From contig OZ024740.1 in NCBI GenBank assembly GCA_964016885.1, forward strand, positions 148,738,001-148,802,000: DNA of 64,000 nucleotides, written 5' to 3'. Each line of letters starts with the position of its first letter. Position 1 is the first letter of the stretch. A program made the position numbers and the translations under genes. The notes beneath the pieces were generated by a model that saw only the letters and a program-made list of their open reading frames with translations, was not told where the DNA came from and searched no databases. Shown one piece after another: positions 41,654-54,006 of this stretch. The DNA is from Eledone cirrhosa (lineage: Eukaryota).

Positions 41654-42121
41654 GCCACCTACATCCACAACACGTATAAACACCACACACACGTGCGTAC
41701 CACCACATATTTACACACTCAGCCTCCGGAAACCTCTCCCCCCACCCCCTGACCCCTCCCCATCCACACACGCACACACACCGACCTACACCCCACCCAC
41801 ACACAGCTTTTCCTGAACATGCAACCCCGTTCTTCCCTCAACTCTTACTTTCACATACACACACACACGTACACCTACACACACACACACCACCTTCAGC
41901 CCTCCCCGCTCGGACACCCCGCCTCCCTCTCCCCACTCCACCCGCCACCACCCCTACACGCCCCACACCCTTCCACCACTTGTTTTACTTCATGTTTATT
42001 TTTACTTTTATTATGCTTTTATATTTAATCTCATTTGTACCGTTTCCTCTCACTCCCTTTTTTCTATATGTCTCTCCACTACACCCCTACACACGCTTGG
42101 AACTCTCTTCCCACACACTTT

Positions 42122-42153
42122 TCACCTGAAGAAGGGCTTATGCCCGAAACGTC
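42122..42153 (+). ncRNA. Minimal PLE-type hammerhead core
   Basis: CTGAAGA-A-GGGC TTAT GCCC-GAAACGTC ~90 nt before (TA)n; stem I not evident. Confidence 0.5.
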
Positions 42154-42263
42154 GTTCCCCACCACCACCCCACTCTCAAGAGCGTGAAACTGATAAACCT
42201 TTGTTCGTACTGCCTCTCTGTTTTGTTCCCGTTCAATTTTTTACTATATATATATATATATAT

Positions 42264-42582
42264 ATAGTTATGTAATAAACAACATAAGGCAATTATTTCA
42301 TTTACCAGTGGTTTCTTAAAAGCAAAAAAAAAATTGCTTTCAATCATCAGAATGAAAAAATGCTGGCGTATTTATTGACTTTGGTTTTTTAAAATCCAAA
42401 GTCAATCAATACGCCAGGATTTTTTCATTCTGATGATTGAAAGCAAAATTTTTTTTGCTTTTAAGAAACCACTGGTAAATGAAATAATTGCCTTATGTTG
42501 TTTATTACATAACTATTAAGCTCTGTTACCTACATAGAGCACTCTTTTTTCCTGGACTTTTCCGACGGAATTACTTCATTCA
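42264..42582 (+). mobile_element. Fold-back + tail insertion D1 in (TA)n
   Basis: ~120-bp arms spanning 42264-42516, tail 42517-42582. Confidence 0.88.
42423..42484 (+). ncRNA. Complete type I hammerhead ribozyme motif (mirror copy on - strand ~42292-42352)
   Basis: Stem I TTTCATT/AATGAAA; CTGATGA; 12-bp stem II TTGAAAGCAAAA/TTTTGCTTTTAA; GAAA; stem III ACC/GGT; GUA cleavage triplet ending 42477. Confidence 0.82.
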
Positions 42583-42584
42583 CG

Positions 42585-42659
<75 letters not shown>

Positions 42660-42885
42660 GTTAAATAATTCCGAAGGAAAAGCAAAGGAAAAAGGAGTGC
42701 TCTATGTATAGAACAGAGCTGTTTAATTAGAAAGTGAACAACACAAAATATAACTACTCCATTACCAAAGGTTTCTGGATCCCAGACAATATTAATATAC
42801 GTCTGGATCCAGACGTATATTAATATTGTCTGGGATCCAGAAACCTTTGGTAATGGAGTAGTTATATTTTGTGTTGTTCACTTTC

Positions 42886-42891
<6 letters not shown>
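42660..42891 (-). mobile_element. Fold-back + tail insertion D2 (168-bp perfect palindrome 42724-42891)
   Basis: 84-bp arms centred at 42807/42808; contains GAAACCTTTGGTA; tail 42660-42723 homologous to the D1 tail. Confidence 0.88.
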
Positions 42892-42973
<82 letters not shown>

Positions 42974-42976
<3 letters not shown>

Positions 42977-43203
42977 CAAAGGAATTGTGGTAAGGAACCA
43001 GATGGACCATAACGCACCAGAGTACTCAATACTTAGGGTAGTAGAGTGGGAAATAGGAAAAAGTATGACAACAAAGTATGATCCCGACGGCAGAGCTCAA
43101 GCCGTTTCGACGGCTATTTCTGGACTTTGAGGAACAATCAACATGTCCAGAAATACCGACGAAACGGCTTGAGCTCTGCCGTCGGGGTCATACTTTTTCC
43201 TAT
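42974..43203 (-). mobile_element. Fold-back + tail insertion, family A
   Basis: Family A tail on the left, arms fold at TCTGGAC with a 19-nt spacer; (TA)n both sides. Confidence 0.85.
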
Positions 43204-44453
43204 ATATATATATAAATAAAGAGAGAGAGAGGGGGAGATGTATGTGTGTGTGTGCGTTTGTGTGTATGTGTGTGCGTGTTTTGTGTATGTGCATATATAT
43301 ATATATGTGCGTGTGTGTGTGTATGTGTGTATACATAATGATAACTGGGGATCTCTCTAAATAATAGTCGAGAGAGAGAAAAGTCTGGCTATCTTTACAT
43401 TTGTCTACTTCTACACACAACTATACGCGTTATACGAACGAGTGAAAAATTCGTAGTCAGTATTCTCTGCAAGGGCTTATTAAATTTTTTGTTTTATGAC
43501 CTAGGTTAAAATGAAATTATATATGTCACGTTCATATGATATAGCGCCTTATACGAGGTGAATGAAACACAAACTAAACATAAACACACACACACTACGT
43601 CCAGATGACCAATCAAATACTCAACAAATAAATTCATCGTAAACATACTTTAAAAACATACACAATGAAAGTTAAACAAACATCTTCAGTAGCGATGAAA
43701 ACAGTGTTACGATGTGAACACCAGTAATCTGTTTATATATAATATTATAAAGAAGGTAAGAAAACGTTCAATAATTTAATCCTTCAAAGGTTGAAGAGTT
43801 TGATTATACAGAAACAAATAAATATATATGATGACGTTTATATGTATTAAAGAGAAACGTGAATTTTGCGTTTACTTGTGTATATTATGATGATGTACAA
43901 ATTATAAATTATGTTAGATTATTAACTAAGAAACATCTAGCCGTCTCAATTGATTGCGTTCCATTAATCCTTTCAACGTAGTTATATATCAAAAGATTGC
44001 GACAGCGCTTTCACATATCTTTTGTTTGAATTTACAAAAGTTCCATTTAAAGTCATTAGGCGTCAGTTGTTAAACTTCAGTGACTACAACTACATACCTT
44101 TACACCTGAACATAAATGCTCTGCATACAGGGATAGAAGTATAGTAATAACGATGGTACGCAGGTAAGAGAGAAAACCTTTCATATTCAATGTATTTAAT
44201 TTATCTCGTACAACGCTGGGAAGTTTTAGGTATTTAAAGCCGAAAAACATCTGTAAATGCACCTTTCATATACGTGATTATTATCATATGCAATGCAATA
44301 TGTAATATATTAATTTTGAGAAACACATCACCTAAATAACAGAAAAAACGGTATATAAATATCTATATATTTCGTATAGAGAATGATATTTAATATGTTG
44401 TTACTTTTGACAGCACACACAAACACCCACCCACACACACACACACACAAATG

Positions 44454-44535
<82 letters not shown>

Positions 44536-44543
44536 TATATTTG

Positions 44544-44601
<58 letters not shown>

Positions 44602-44605
44602 TTTG

Positions 44606-44643
<38 letters not shown>

Positions 44644-44651
44644 TATATTTG

Positions 44652-44689
<38 letters not shown>

Positions 44690-44691
<2 letters not shown>

Positions 44692-44905
44692 TTTACCCTT
44701 TTACCCTTTTACCTGTCCCATCCATCCGGCTGAGGCCATGCTGGGGTACTGCCCTTGTTGCTACCCATTCTATCTCCAGCCTTTGTTAGCTGGCCATTGG
44801 TGCAAGAGGGAGTTCGTTGCTGCTGCCCTTAGGTTTCCTTCGTACCGTGCTGTGGGCTCATCTGGGATCCTGGATAACAGGGTGTCGAGATGTTTCTTGA
44901 AAACA
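44690..44905 (-). mobile_element. CR1-group LINE 3' end
   Basis: [17 protein letters not shown]...RAAATNS, then 3' UTR CCCCAGCATGGCC and a (GGTAAAA) tandem tail. Confidence 0.72.
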
Positions 44906-45164
44906 ACCATTTGTATATATATATATATATATATATAAATGATTTTTTTTAGCCGTAGTTTTTTTAGCCGTAGTGTCTAGCAACCATCGTTGCTCGTTTG
45001 TTCAACACTGGCAAAGGAACACTGTACTAGTTTCAAGCTTATTATGTATATATATGTACATACTACTGTACGTCTGTATACATATATGTATGTACGTGTA
45101 CATACTTATATTTAAGTAACAGCCGTACTAAGAGTTGGAAATGAAATTTCGTTTCATTTTTTCC

Positions 45165-45231
<67 letters not shown>

Positions 45232-45236
<5 letters not shown>

Positions 45237-45426
45237 AAAATAACAGATTAAAGTTTAAGCAAAGAATCGCTGCTTTCACCCTTAACGGGATCTTCTGAAG
45301 ATCCCGTTAAGGGTGAAAGCAGCGATTCTTTGCTTAAACTTTAATCTGTTATTTTAATAAATATTTGCTCTACGGTTCTTATATATTTGATATATATTTA
45401 TCCTTATCGAGCCCTCTTTGGATTTT
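45232..45426 (+). mobile_element. Fold-back + tail insertion, family B
   Basis: Perfect 64-bp arms 45232-45295/45297-45360; CTGAAGATCCCGTTAAGGGTGAAA at the fold; tail to 45426. Confidence 0.85.
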
Positions 45427-45433
45427 AGTCTTC

Positions 45434-45528
45434 TGACTTTGCCTTTCATCCTTACGGGGTCGATAAAATAAAGTACCAGTAATGAACTGGGTATTTGCTG
45501 GCCTTGTGCCTAAAGTAGAAACAATTAC
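45434..45528 (+). mobile_element. 5'-truncated SINE
   Basis: TGACTTTGCCTTTCATCC...GGCCTTGTGCCTAAAGTAGAAACAATTA. Confidence 0.85.
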
Positions 45529-45592
45529 TATATATATATATATATATATATACAACAAACATTTTTTCGCCCTGTTTACGAATATTAATAAT

Positions 45593-45780
45593 TGTTTCTA
45601 CTTTTGGCACAAGGCCAGCAATTATGCCAGTGCATTACTGGTACTTTATTTTATATACTCCGTAAGGATGAAAGGCAAAGTTAACCTTGGCGGGATTTGA
45701 ACTCAGACCATAAAGGCGCATAACTCTATATTGGAAAGCATAGCGTCCGACCTTCTACCGATACTGCCAATCCTCCGCCC
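45593..45780 (-). mobile_element. Full-length SINE with 18-bp target-site duplication
   Basis: TTTACGAATATTAATAAT at 45575-45592 and 45781-45798; rearranged SINE pieces follow at ~45815-45932 (+). Confidence 0.88.
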
Positions 45781-46073
45781 TTTACGAATATTAATAATGT
45801 TATAATATTATAAGGCTCTTTACTTTCTGAGTTTAAATCCCGCCGAGGTTAACTTTGTCTTTCGGTGGATTGGCAGTATCGGTAGAGGGTCGGACGCCAC
45901 GTTTTGTAGCATAGAGTTACGCCCCTTTACGATAAAGTGAGAATTATATGGTGCTTAGCTTACCTTCTATTGGCAATATTGGTAAGATTGACCATCCCCA
46001 AATATAACAATAACGGTTTCAATATACGATTTCACATCAAGAATCTTACAGAACAAATACATAAAGGGTAATA

Positions 46074-46146
<73 letters not shown>

Positions 46147-46161
46147 AATATATATATATAT

Positions 46162-46518
46162 CCAGGGAGTGTAAGGTGAAGTTACTGTAGGTTCACTCAG
46201 GTGAGCACTCGATGTTTAGGATCATGTCAGTGGCGAGGTGTAGAGCTAGACAGAGTGTAATATAATAATACAAGGACGATTTGTTTTGCCTCATTACGTT
46301 TATTGATTGGTGACGCGAGTTTCGCTATTGTTCAGCTCAATGTTCGATCAGTATCGATCTGGCCCGACTCCGGAATCAAAAGCTCGTCGGACCTCTGCTA
46401 TTGATTCCAGAGTCGGGCCAGATCGATACGGATCGAACCTTGAGCTGATCAATAGAGAAACGCGCGTCACCAATCAATAAACGTAATGAAGGCATAACAA
46501 ATCGTCCTTGTATTATTA
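46162..46518 (-). mobile_element. Fold-back + tail insertion, family C
   Basis: ~115-bp diverged arms 46263-46379/46401-46518 containing GAAACGCGCGTC and AATAAA; tail on the left next to (TA)n. Confidence 0.8.
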
Positions 46519-46538
46519 TTATTATTATTATTATTATT

Positions 46539-46821
46539 GTTCTTTGAGTCTCAGTCATTGATGTTATTTAACTGGAAAGTTTGTTGAAATGAATATCAAG
46601 CTGCTATTCAGGATGTATCGGAGGGTTCTTGCTGTTCCCAGCAAGCATGCCTTTTGAAGTGTTCCAAAAAGCGGGGCTGGACTAATATTCTTTAACCATC
46701 CCTGGAAACTCCTTGAGATAATACCTAGTGCGCCTATGACAATCGGGACCACTTTGACTTCATGGTTGTTCCAAATCCTTTTTACCTCCCACTTTAAGTC
46801 CTGGTATCGGTTAATTTTCTC
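46539..46821 (-). mobile_element. Dong 3' fragment in (TAA)n
   Basis: EKINRYQDLKWEVKRIW...VPIVIGALG near-identical to 31099-31400; microsatellite on both sides. Confidence 0.92.
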
Positions 46822-46855
<34 letters not shown>

Positions 46856-47044
46856 GTGTGTGTGTGTGTGTGTGTGTTTATATATACATACATATATCGC
46901 TTGGGGAAGGCACCAGATGCCTAGTGTAGAGATGTGTCGAAGGAGGCAGCCGCTTTATTGATTAACAGTGGTTCACATTTGTGAATCTCCAGAGTTTCAT
47001 TCAAAGAGATACTTCAAATCACGGGCCCACTACAATCAGTAGGT

Positions 47045-48155
47045 ACTCATGAATGTTGAATCATTCTTATAATTATTTCTGCTGGGCATAATTTGGTACA
47101 CCTCCTCGCAGTACAGCTTACTTCTTTGGTTCCACAACCTATCGTGGTTGCTGTGTTGGTCAATGTTACAGATGGTGGAATATGAGAGCTTAATTGTGTG
47201 TCTATTAAATAGATTGTGGTGCTTATGCGTTTCAGGGAAACACCTATATAATGATTTAACAAATAATTTGACCAGGCTAGTCCTGAGTTCCGTTAAATAT
47301 GAGGGATTTTGCGACTTTATTCTCTTGTATACATACTTTCTATTTGCAGGTTTTAGTGAAGCCTTATCTTATGCCAACGGTTTCTCTGGGGTAGCCTCAC
47401 TCGTAATATGGTCGTTACTACACTCTGGGATGCCAGAGACTCTCTTTACTATGGCCTTAACTATTGATATAAGGTTGTTCGACGTGGCATTAATTTTGGT
47501 TAGATTTTCATTGGGAATATGATAGGGATGGTATATGTCACTAGGCTTAAGTGGTGCCTAAACATTTATCTACATTTCTGTTGGGATGTATTTCTATCCT
47601 AATTCCTAAGTTTCTAAATATAGAGGAAACTTATACATTTAAGTCTCCTCTGCATTCTATCAATCAGACTAGTGCTGTCGTTAATGAGAGTGAAGAGTGT
47701 TTCATCGAGGGTTACATTAGTATGTCTTCTAGCATATATCAGAGTCTTATTTAGTAGCATGGAGGAGATTGAAGTGTAGTATCTTGTAATGTTCAATTCA
47801 ATAAAGGTAGTTTCATTTTTATTCGATAGGTGAGTAAACCAACTAATTACATCAGTTCCTGGCCATATTTGTATTTGGTTCTATTTATCAGTGTGGATAG
47901 AATCCTATCTAGAATGGTTTTTCTAACTCCAGTATCAAACTTAGAAGGGGTTATGGGTCAAACCGGTAGGTCGGAGACAAACTTGTTTTTTATTTCCTTT
48001 ATTTGTAATTCTAGGTTTCCTTGGTTAGTGATAGTCTGCTCTATCTTCAATCCTACGTTTAGTCAATATTTCATTAGCCTTCTCATTAAAAGCCTCAAGC
48101 GTCTCGTTAGAAGTTGTTTTATAGTTCTTTTGGAATTCCCTGAGTATGAGAGTGT
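47045..48155 (-). mobile_element. Highly decayed PLE reverse-transcriptase fragment
   Basis: IEDRA...KPRIT, YY.SI...LLNKTLIYAR, CFPETHKHHNLFNRHTIKLSYS (same class as 35430-36100). Confidence 0.6.
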
Positions 48156-48251
<96 letters not shown>

Positions 48252-48978
48252 ATTCTGTATAAATGGCCTGTTTGTACGCATGTACGAGTACATTTTTTTT
48301 TTGTCTTTTCATTCTGATTATAATTTTAATTATATTCATATCCATTCATATTTAATTAGACAGAAGTTTTTTCTTTTCTCAGTCATCTAAAAGGGCACTT
48401 AGTTATCCATCATACCTCTTTTGATATTGTTGTAGTCGTTAGTGTCACTATTGTTGTTGTTGTTGCTCTCGTTGCTGATAATGTACTATTTTGAACAATG
48501 TCAACTCTTATAACTCCTCACAACAGACATGACTTTGTAGCACACTTATATTTGTGCTATAAAGTTAATCAAAATATGACGGTGACGGATAAATAGCCCC
48601 ACCGACAAAGGGAGTTTACAATTCCCCGGGTAGTGGAATTGGCGACCGTTTCCTTGACCTGTAGCCAATAAAAAAACAACACACAGCATCTGAAAGATGT
48701 GTACTAATGAACTTAAACACCCATAAAGGTTCAATTAACCCACTAATCACTATTAGGGTGGTCGGAGTGATGAGAACCAAGCAAGTGAAATACATCAAAC
48801 AATGATTGAAGTGGGAACGCTTAAAGCGACGTTACAAATACTATAATAATTATTAAGTAATCATAATATTTAATTAGCTGTAAAAAAGACTATATTAATA
48901 TAAATAAATATTGTAATATATCTTTTAATTCTTAAAATATTATTGTCTTTATAACATCTCTTTAACAATTTAAACACT

Positions 48979-49018
<40 letters not shown>

Positions 49019-49024
49019 TATATG

Positions 49025-49061
<37 letters not shown>

Positions 49062-49108
49062 GTGTGTATATATGTATGTATATATATATGTATGTATATA
49101 TATATGTA

Positions 49109-49719
49109 TGTCAGGTCACCAGTTGGTGCTACTGGTAACATGTATCCCAGTACAACCTGTCTCATGGTCGGGTCGTTGGCGACTAAACTAGCAACCCCGC
49201 CAAGGTTTCTTGGTGAGGAGGGTGACTTTGGACATCCTGCAGGACTAAAAACAAAACCTGTCAAAGGGCAAAGGAACTCTTAAGAGTCAATGACCATCCA
49301 AAATCACCGGGAGAGATGACCCCTTAGCCTTTGTCAAGGCAGAATTCTAGGAGAAGGAAAACTCTGATATAACACCTGCAACCCTGATGGTATCCAATGA
49401 TGTTGACTTGTTCTTCTTTTTGGTAAATATCATCTTGGTTAAGAGAGTGGGACTGGCTTTGTGCAGTGCCTTTGCTCACTATAAAAGCTTCACGGCACAG
49501 GCATTGCTTTGTATCTGGAGATCTCTCTGCACTTGTCGTCACATGGTACCATGGGCCCAGCACTATGTGTCAATAATTGTCACAGGTGTAGTGTTTGTAC
49601 CAGAGTTTTCAAGTCGCTGGCTGGACTAAAAAGTCACACTCGTTCAGCGCAACGGTAGGAGTTCTCCTACATGGATATAAAGTAGTGGCCGTACTCGAAA
49701 ACGAGTTGGCAGCCACCAT
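49109..49719 (+). mobile_element. ~610-bp non-autonomous RTE-derived element, family E
   Basis: CTAGGAGAAGGAAAACTCTGA RTE-5'UTR-like motif; 3' CSVCTRVFKSLAGLKSH zinc-finger remnant; ACTCGAAAACGAGT terminal hairpin; three copies in window. Confidence 0.75.
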
Positions 49720-49821
49720 ATATATATATGTATGTATGTATGTATATATATATGTGTATGTACATATATATGTATGTATATATATATGTATGTATATATG
49801 TGCATGCATACATATATATAT

Positions 49822-50415
49822 ATGGTGGCTAGAAGTCGATGTATCCCAGTACAACCTGTCTCATGGTCGGGTCGTTGGCGACTAAACTGGCAACCACACC
49901 AAGGTTTCTTGGTGAGGAGGGTGACTTTGGACATCCTGCAGGACTAAAAACAAAACCTGTCAAAGGGCAAAGGAGCTATTAAGAGTCAATGGCCATCCAA
50001 AATAACCGGGAGAGATGACCCCTTAGCCTTTGTCAAGGCAGAATTCTAGGAGAAGGAAAACTCTGATATAATACCTGCAACCCTGATGGTATCCAATGAT
50101 GTTGACTTGTTCTTCTTTTTGGTAAATATCCTCTTGGTTAAGAGAGTGGGACTGGCTTTGTGCAGTGCCTTTGCTCACTATAAAAGCTTCACGGCACAGG
50201 CATTGCTTTGTATCTGGAGATCTCTCTGCACTTGTCGTCACATGGTACCATGGGCCCAGCACTATGTGTCAATAATTGTCACAGGTGTAGTGTTTGTACC
50301 AGAGTTTTCAAGTCGCTGGCTGGACTAAAAAGTCACTCGTTCAGCGCATCGGTAGGGGTTCTACTACTTGGATATAAAGTAGTGGCCATACTCGAAAACG
50401 AGTTGGCAGCCACCA
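49822..50415 (+). mobile_element. Family E copy, slightly 5'-truncated, with a short inverted 3'-end tag
   Basis: Near-identical to 49109-49719 from 49839; ATGGTGGCT at 49822 is the reverse complement of the 3' end AGCCACCAT. Confidence 0.78.
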
Positions 50416-50634
50416 TATATATGTAAATATGTATGTATATATATATATACACATATATGTATATATGTATGTATATTTATATATACATATAATATATATA
50501 CACATATATGTATATATATATATACACACATATATGTGTATATATATACACACACATATGTATATATGTATGTATATATATATGTATATATGTATGTATA
50601 TATGTATATATGTATGTATATATATATATATATA

Positions 50635-50925
50635 TAGAAAAGATGAATATAAAATGTAAGTGCTTTTTTCTAAAAAACTTGCTATCGAATACTTGCTAAC
50701 ATTATATGATTACGCAAGCAGCGATACATAGGTATTCCGTCTGTTACAGAAACATATGTCAATACCTAATAAATTCCTTTATTTTTAAAAAGCACTTTCA
50801 TTTAATATTCATCTTTTCTACATTTTCTCCGGAATATAATTTATACTCGTTGAGCAAAGCTACACGTACGCTGGTCATCTCTAACGTAACGATATATTAT
50901 CACTACATTATTGAAAACCTGAAAT
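50635..50925 (+). mobile_element. Diverged fold-back + tail insertion in (TA)n
   Basis: Arms 50635-50669/50788-50820; GAAACATATGTC followed by AATAAA; tail to 50925. Confidence 0.65.
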
Positions 50926-50947
50926 TATATATATATATATATATATA

Positions 50948-51123
50948 TAACGAAGGAAATGTGGTAAGGAACCAAGTGGACCATAACACACCAAAGTACT
51001 AAATACTTAGGGTAGTAGAGTGGGTAATAGGAACGAGTAGGACCCCGACGGCTGAGCTCAAGCCGTCTGGACAGAATTAGCCGTCGAAACGGCTTGAGCT
51101 CAGCCGTCGGGGTCCTACTCGTT

Positions 51124-51128
<5 letters not shown>
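50948..51128 (-). mobile_element. Fold-back + tail insertion, family A
   Basis: Family A tail and arms, folding at CTGGAC; (TA)n both sides. Confidence 0.85.
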
Positions 51129-51181
<53 letters not shown>

Positions 51182-51187
51182 TACATA

Positions 51188-51254
<67 letters not shown>

Positions 51255-51267
51255 GTATATATGTATG

Positions 51268-51387
<120 letters not shown>

Positions 51388-51578
51388 TAATTTAATATAT
51401 CAACTAACATAAGCGCACAGATGCACGCCCATGCCAGCAAATACACAGGTTATGTCATAGTACCTAGGTGGTTCAATGCAGGAGAATGCAGAACAATAAT
51501 ATAAAGGACGTAAAATAAGAAAATATTTTTTTAAAAAAATTTTTTCTAAAAAAAATTTTTTTACTTACTTAAATTTTC

Positions 51579-51660
51579 ACTCCAACTAATTAGTTTCTGC
51601 AATGGGATAAAGACAGTTACGTAATCCAACTGTCGAGAATTCATTGCGTCATCAGGGAGT
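51579..51660 (-). ncRNA. Type I hammerhead ribozyme motif, unit 1
   Basis: Reverse complement of 52864-52945. Confidence 0.8.
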
Positions 51661-52147
51661 CTATTCTCAGTTAAGTCTCCAGGCAATGCGCGGACACTGG
51701 CGGCTCATATAAAAATATTAATAATTCGGTAGATCGAACAGCTTGCGAGGACTGGATTCTATGTACCGAAATTCTCACTGCTTCAAGTCAAATGGCCGAT
51801 TCTAAAGAATCAATCACGTGACACAGAGGCTAGTTAGAAGGAATGGGATGGTAAGATGACTGACGCCTACTAACACCCCAAAAAAAAAAAAAATTTTTTT
51901 AGAAGTGGTTTTGACAAGTTTGCTCGACAAATCAGTGATTTGGAGATAAATATAGATAATTTAATATATCAACTAACATAAGCGCACAGATGCACGCCCA
52001 TGCCAGCAAATACACAGGTTATGTCATAGTACCTAGGTGGTTCAATGCAGGAGAATGCAGAACAATAATATAAAGGACGTAAAATAAGAAAATATTTTTT
52101 TAAAAAAATTTTTTCTAAAAAAAATTTTTTTACTTACTTAAATTTTC

Positions 52148-52229
52148 ACTCCAACTAATTAGTTTCTGCAATGGGATAAAGACAGTTACGTAATCCAACT
52201 GTCGAGAATTCATTGCGTCATCAGGGAGT
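52148..52229 (-). ncRNA. Type I hammerhead ribozyme motif, unit 2
   Basis: Identical to unit 1, 569 bp away. Confidence 0.8.
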
Positions 52230-52863
52230 CTATTCTCAGTTAAGTCTCCAGGCAATGCGCGGACACTGGCGGCTCATATAAAAATATTAATAATTCGGTA
52301 GATCGAACAGCTTGCGAGGACTGGATTCTATGTACCGAAATTCTCACTGCTTCAAGTCAAATGGCCGATTCTAAAGAATCAATCACGTGACACAGAGGCT
52401 AGTTAGAAGGAATGGGATGGTAAAAAAATATTTTCTTATTTTACGTCCTTTATATTATTGTTCTGCATTCTCCTGCATTGAACCACCTAGGTACTATGAC
52501 ATAACCTGTGTATTTGCTGGCATGGGCGTGCATCTGTGCGCTTATGTTAGTTGATATATTAAATTATCTATATTTATCTCCAAATCACTGATTTGTCGAG
52601 CAAACTTGTCAAAACCACTTCTAAAAAAATTTTTTTTTTTTTTTGGGGTGTTAGTAGGCGTCAGTCATCTTACCATCCCATTCCTTCTAACTAGCCTCTG
52701 TGTCACGTGATTGATTCTTTAGAATCGGCCATTTGACTTGAAGCAGTGAGAATTTCGGTACATAGAATCCAGTCCTCGCAAGCTGTTCGATCTACCGAAT
52801 TATTAATATTTTTATATGAGCCGCCAGTGTCCGCGCATTGCCTGGAGACTTAACTGAGAATAG

Positions 52864-52945
52864 ACTCCCTGATGACGCAATGAATTCTCAACAGTTGGAT
52901 TACGTAACTGTCTTTATCCCATTGCAGAAACTAATTAGTTGGAGT
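52864..52945 (+). ncRNA. Type I hammerhead ribozyme motif, inverted unit
   Basis: ACTCC-CTGATGA-C GCAATG...(ACAGTT/AACTGT)...CATTGC A-GAAA-CTAATTAG-TT-GGAGT; palindromic stem III; GUU triplet ending 52940. Confidence 0.8.
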
Positions 52946-53017
52946 GAAAATTTAAGTAAGTAAAAAAATTTTTTTTAGAAAAAATTTTTTTAAAAAAATA
53001 TTTTCTTATTTTACGTC

Positions 53018-53097
<80 letters not shown>

Positions 53098-53382
53098 ACA
53101 AGGATCGGTACTAGAGTATTCCGCAGTTCACAGTAATAATAATATTAGCTCAAAGAAGAACAGAGAATTTTCAACTGAGCTGAAATACAAATATATTACA
53201 CAGAGAGAAGTGTGTTACACAATGAGATGTGTGTAAATAATTATTACATGTGAGTTTAATCGTTACTGTATGGAAAACAACACCTACGGGTTAGCTAACC
53301 TGTAGGTGTTGTTTAAACTCACATGTAATAATTCTTTACACACATCTCATTGTTTAACACACTTCTCTGTGTAATATATTTT

Positions 53383-53386
<4 letters not shown>
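53098..53386 (-). mobile_element. Fold-back + tail insertion in (TA)n
   Basis: Arms ~53185-53260/53312-53386 around the palindrome AACAACACCTACGGGTTAGCTAACCTGTAGGTGTTGTT; tail on the left. Confidence 0.8.
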
Positions 53387-53420
<34 letters not shown>

Positions 53421-53541
53421 CTCCGTATAATTTCATGTTTTCTGATATAACATTAACTCTGCAGTAAATATCTTTCTACTTTAACCCTGTTAAATTGGAT
53501 GGATTGCTTCTACAAACTATAAATATTTCTTTGATATTTCC

Positions 53542-53610
53542 AAATGTTATTTGGAAGCGTAGTAACTTCCATTTATAAGTGGAAAGTTACTACGCTTCCA
53601 AATAACATTT
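53542..53610. repeat. ~33-bp hairpin
   Basis: AAATGTTATTTGGAAGCGTAGTAACTT / AAGTTACTACGCTTCCAAATAACATTT. Confidence 0.85.
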
Positions 53611-53867
53611 AAGTACTTTAATACATCTGACACCCTGCTATTTAATTAGGTAAGTGATATATATATTATCTTGAGTGATTTGTATTGATATTGTATCAAT
53701 TATTTTGGATTTTAATTAAATTCTGATGATTCATATGGTTTGTGCTACCTAATAGCAAATTGTTGAATAAAATAATTTGCTGTTGGTAGTATTTTCCTAT
53801 GGGAAGAAACAATTGTCAGTGAGTAAATGTCTTGAACTTTTAATTTTGGTTTATAAGCACATTGTAA

Positions 53868-54006
<139 letters not shown>

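Noticed and set aside
42724-42891. miRNA-precursor or TA-TSD MITE interpretation of the perfect hairpins
   Set aside because: Asymmetric tails, variable fold spacers and HHR half-motifs fit retro-insertion better; small-RNA production is untested
44077-44262. Possible LINE C-terminal remnant (also 58716-59075 and 59508-59690)
   Set aside because: Too decayed to assign without a profile search
49324-50328. Repeated 79-80-aa ORFs (also 57223-57528)
   Set aside because: They recur only because family E copies are nearly identical; no domain evidence
53640-53660. Strong donor-like AG|GTAAGT
   Set aside because: No supporting acceptor or coding exon recognised
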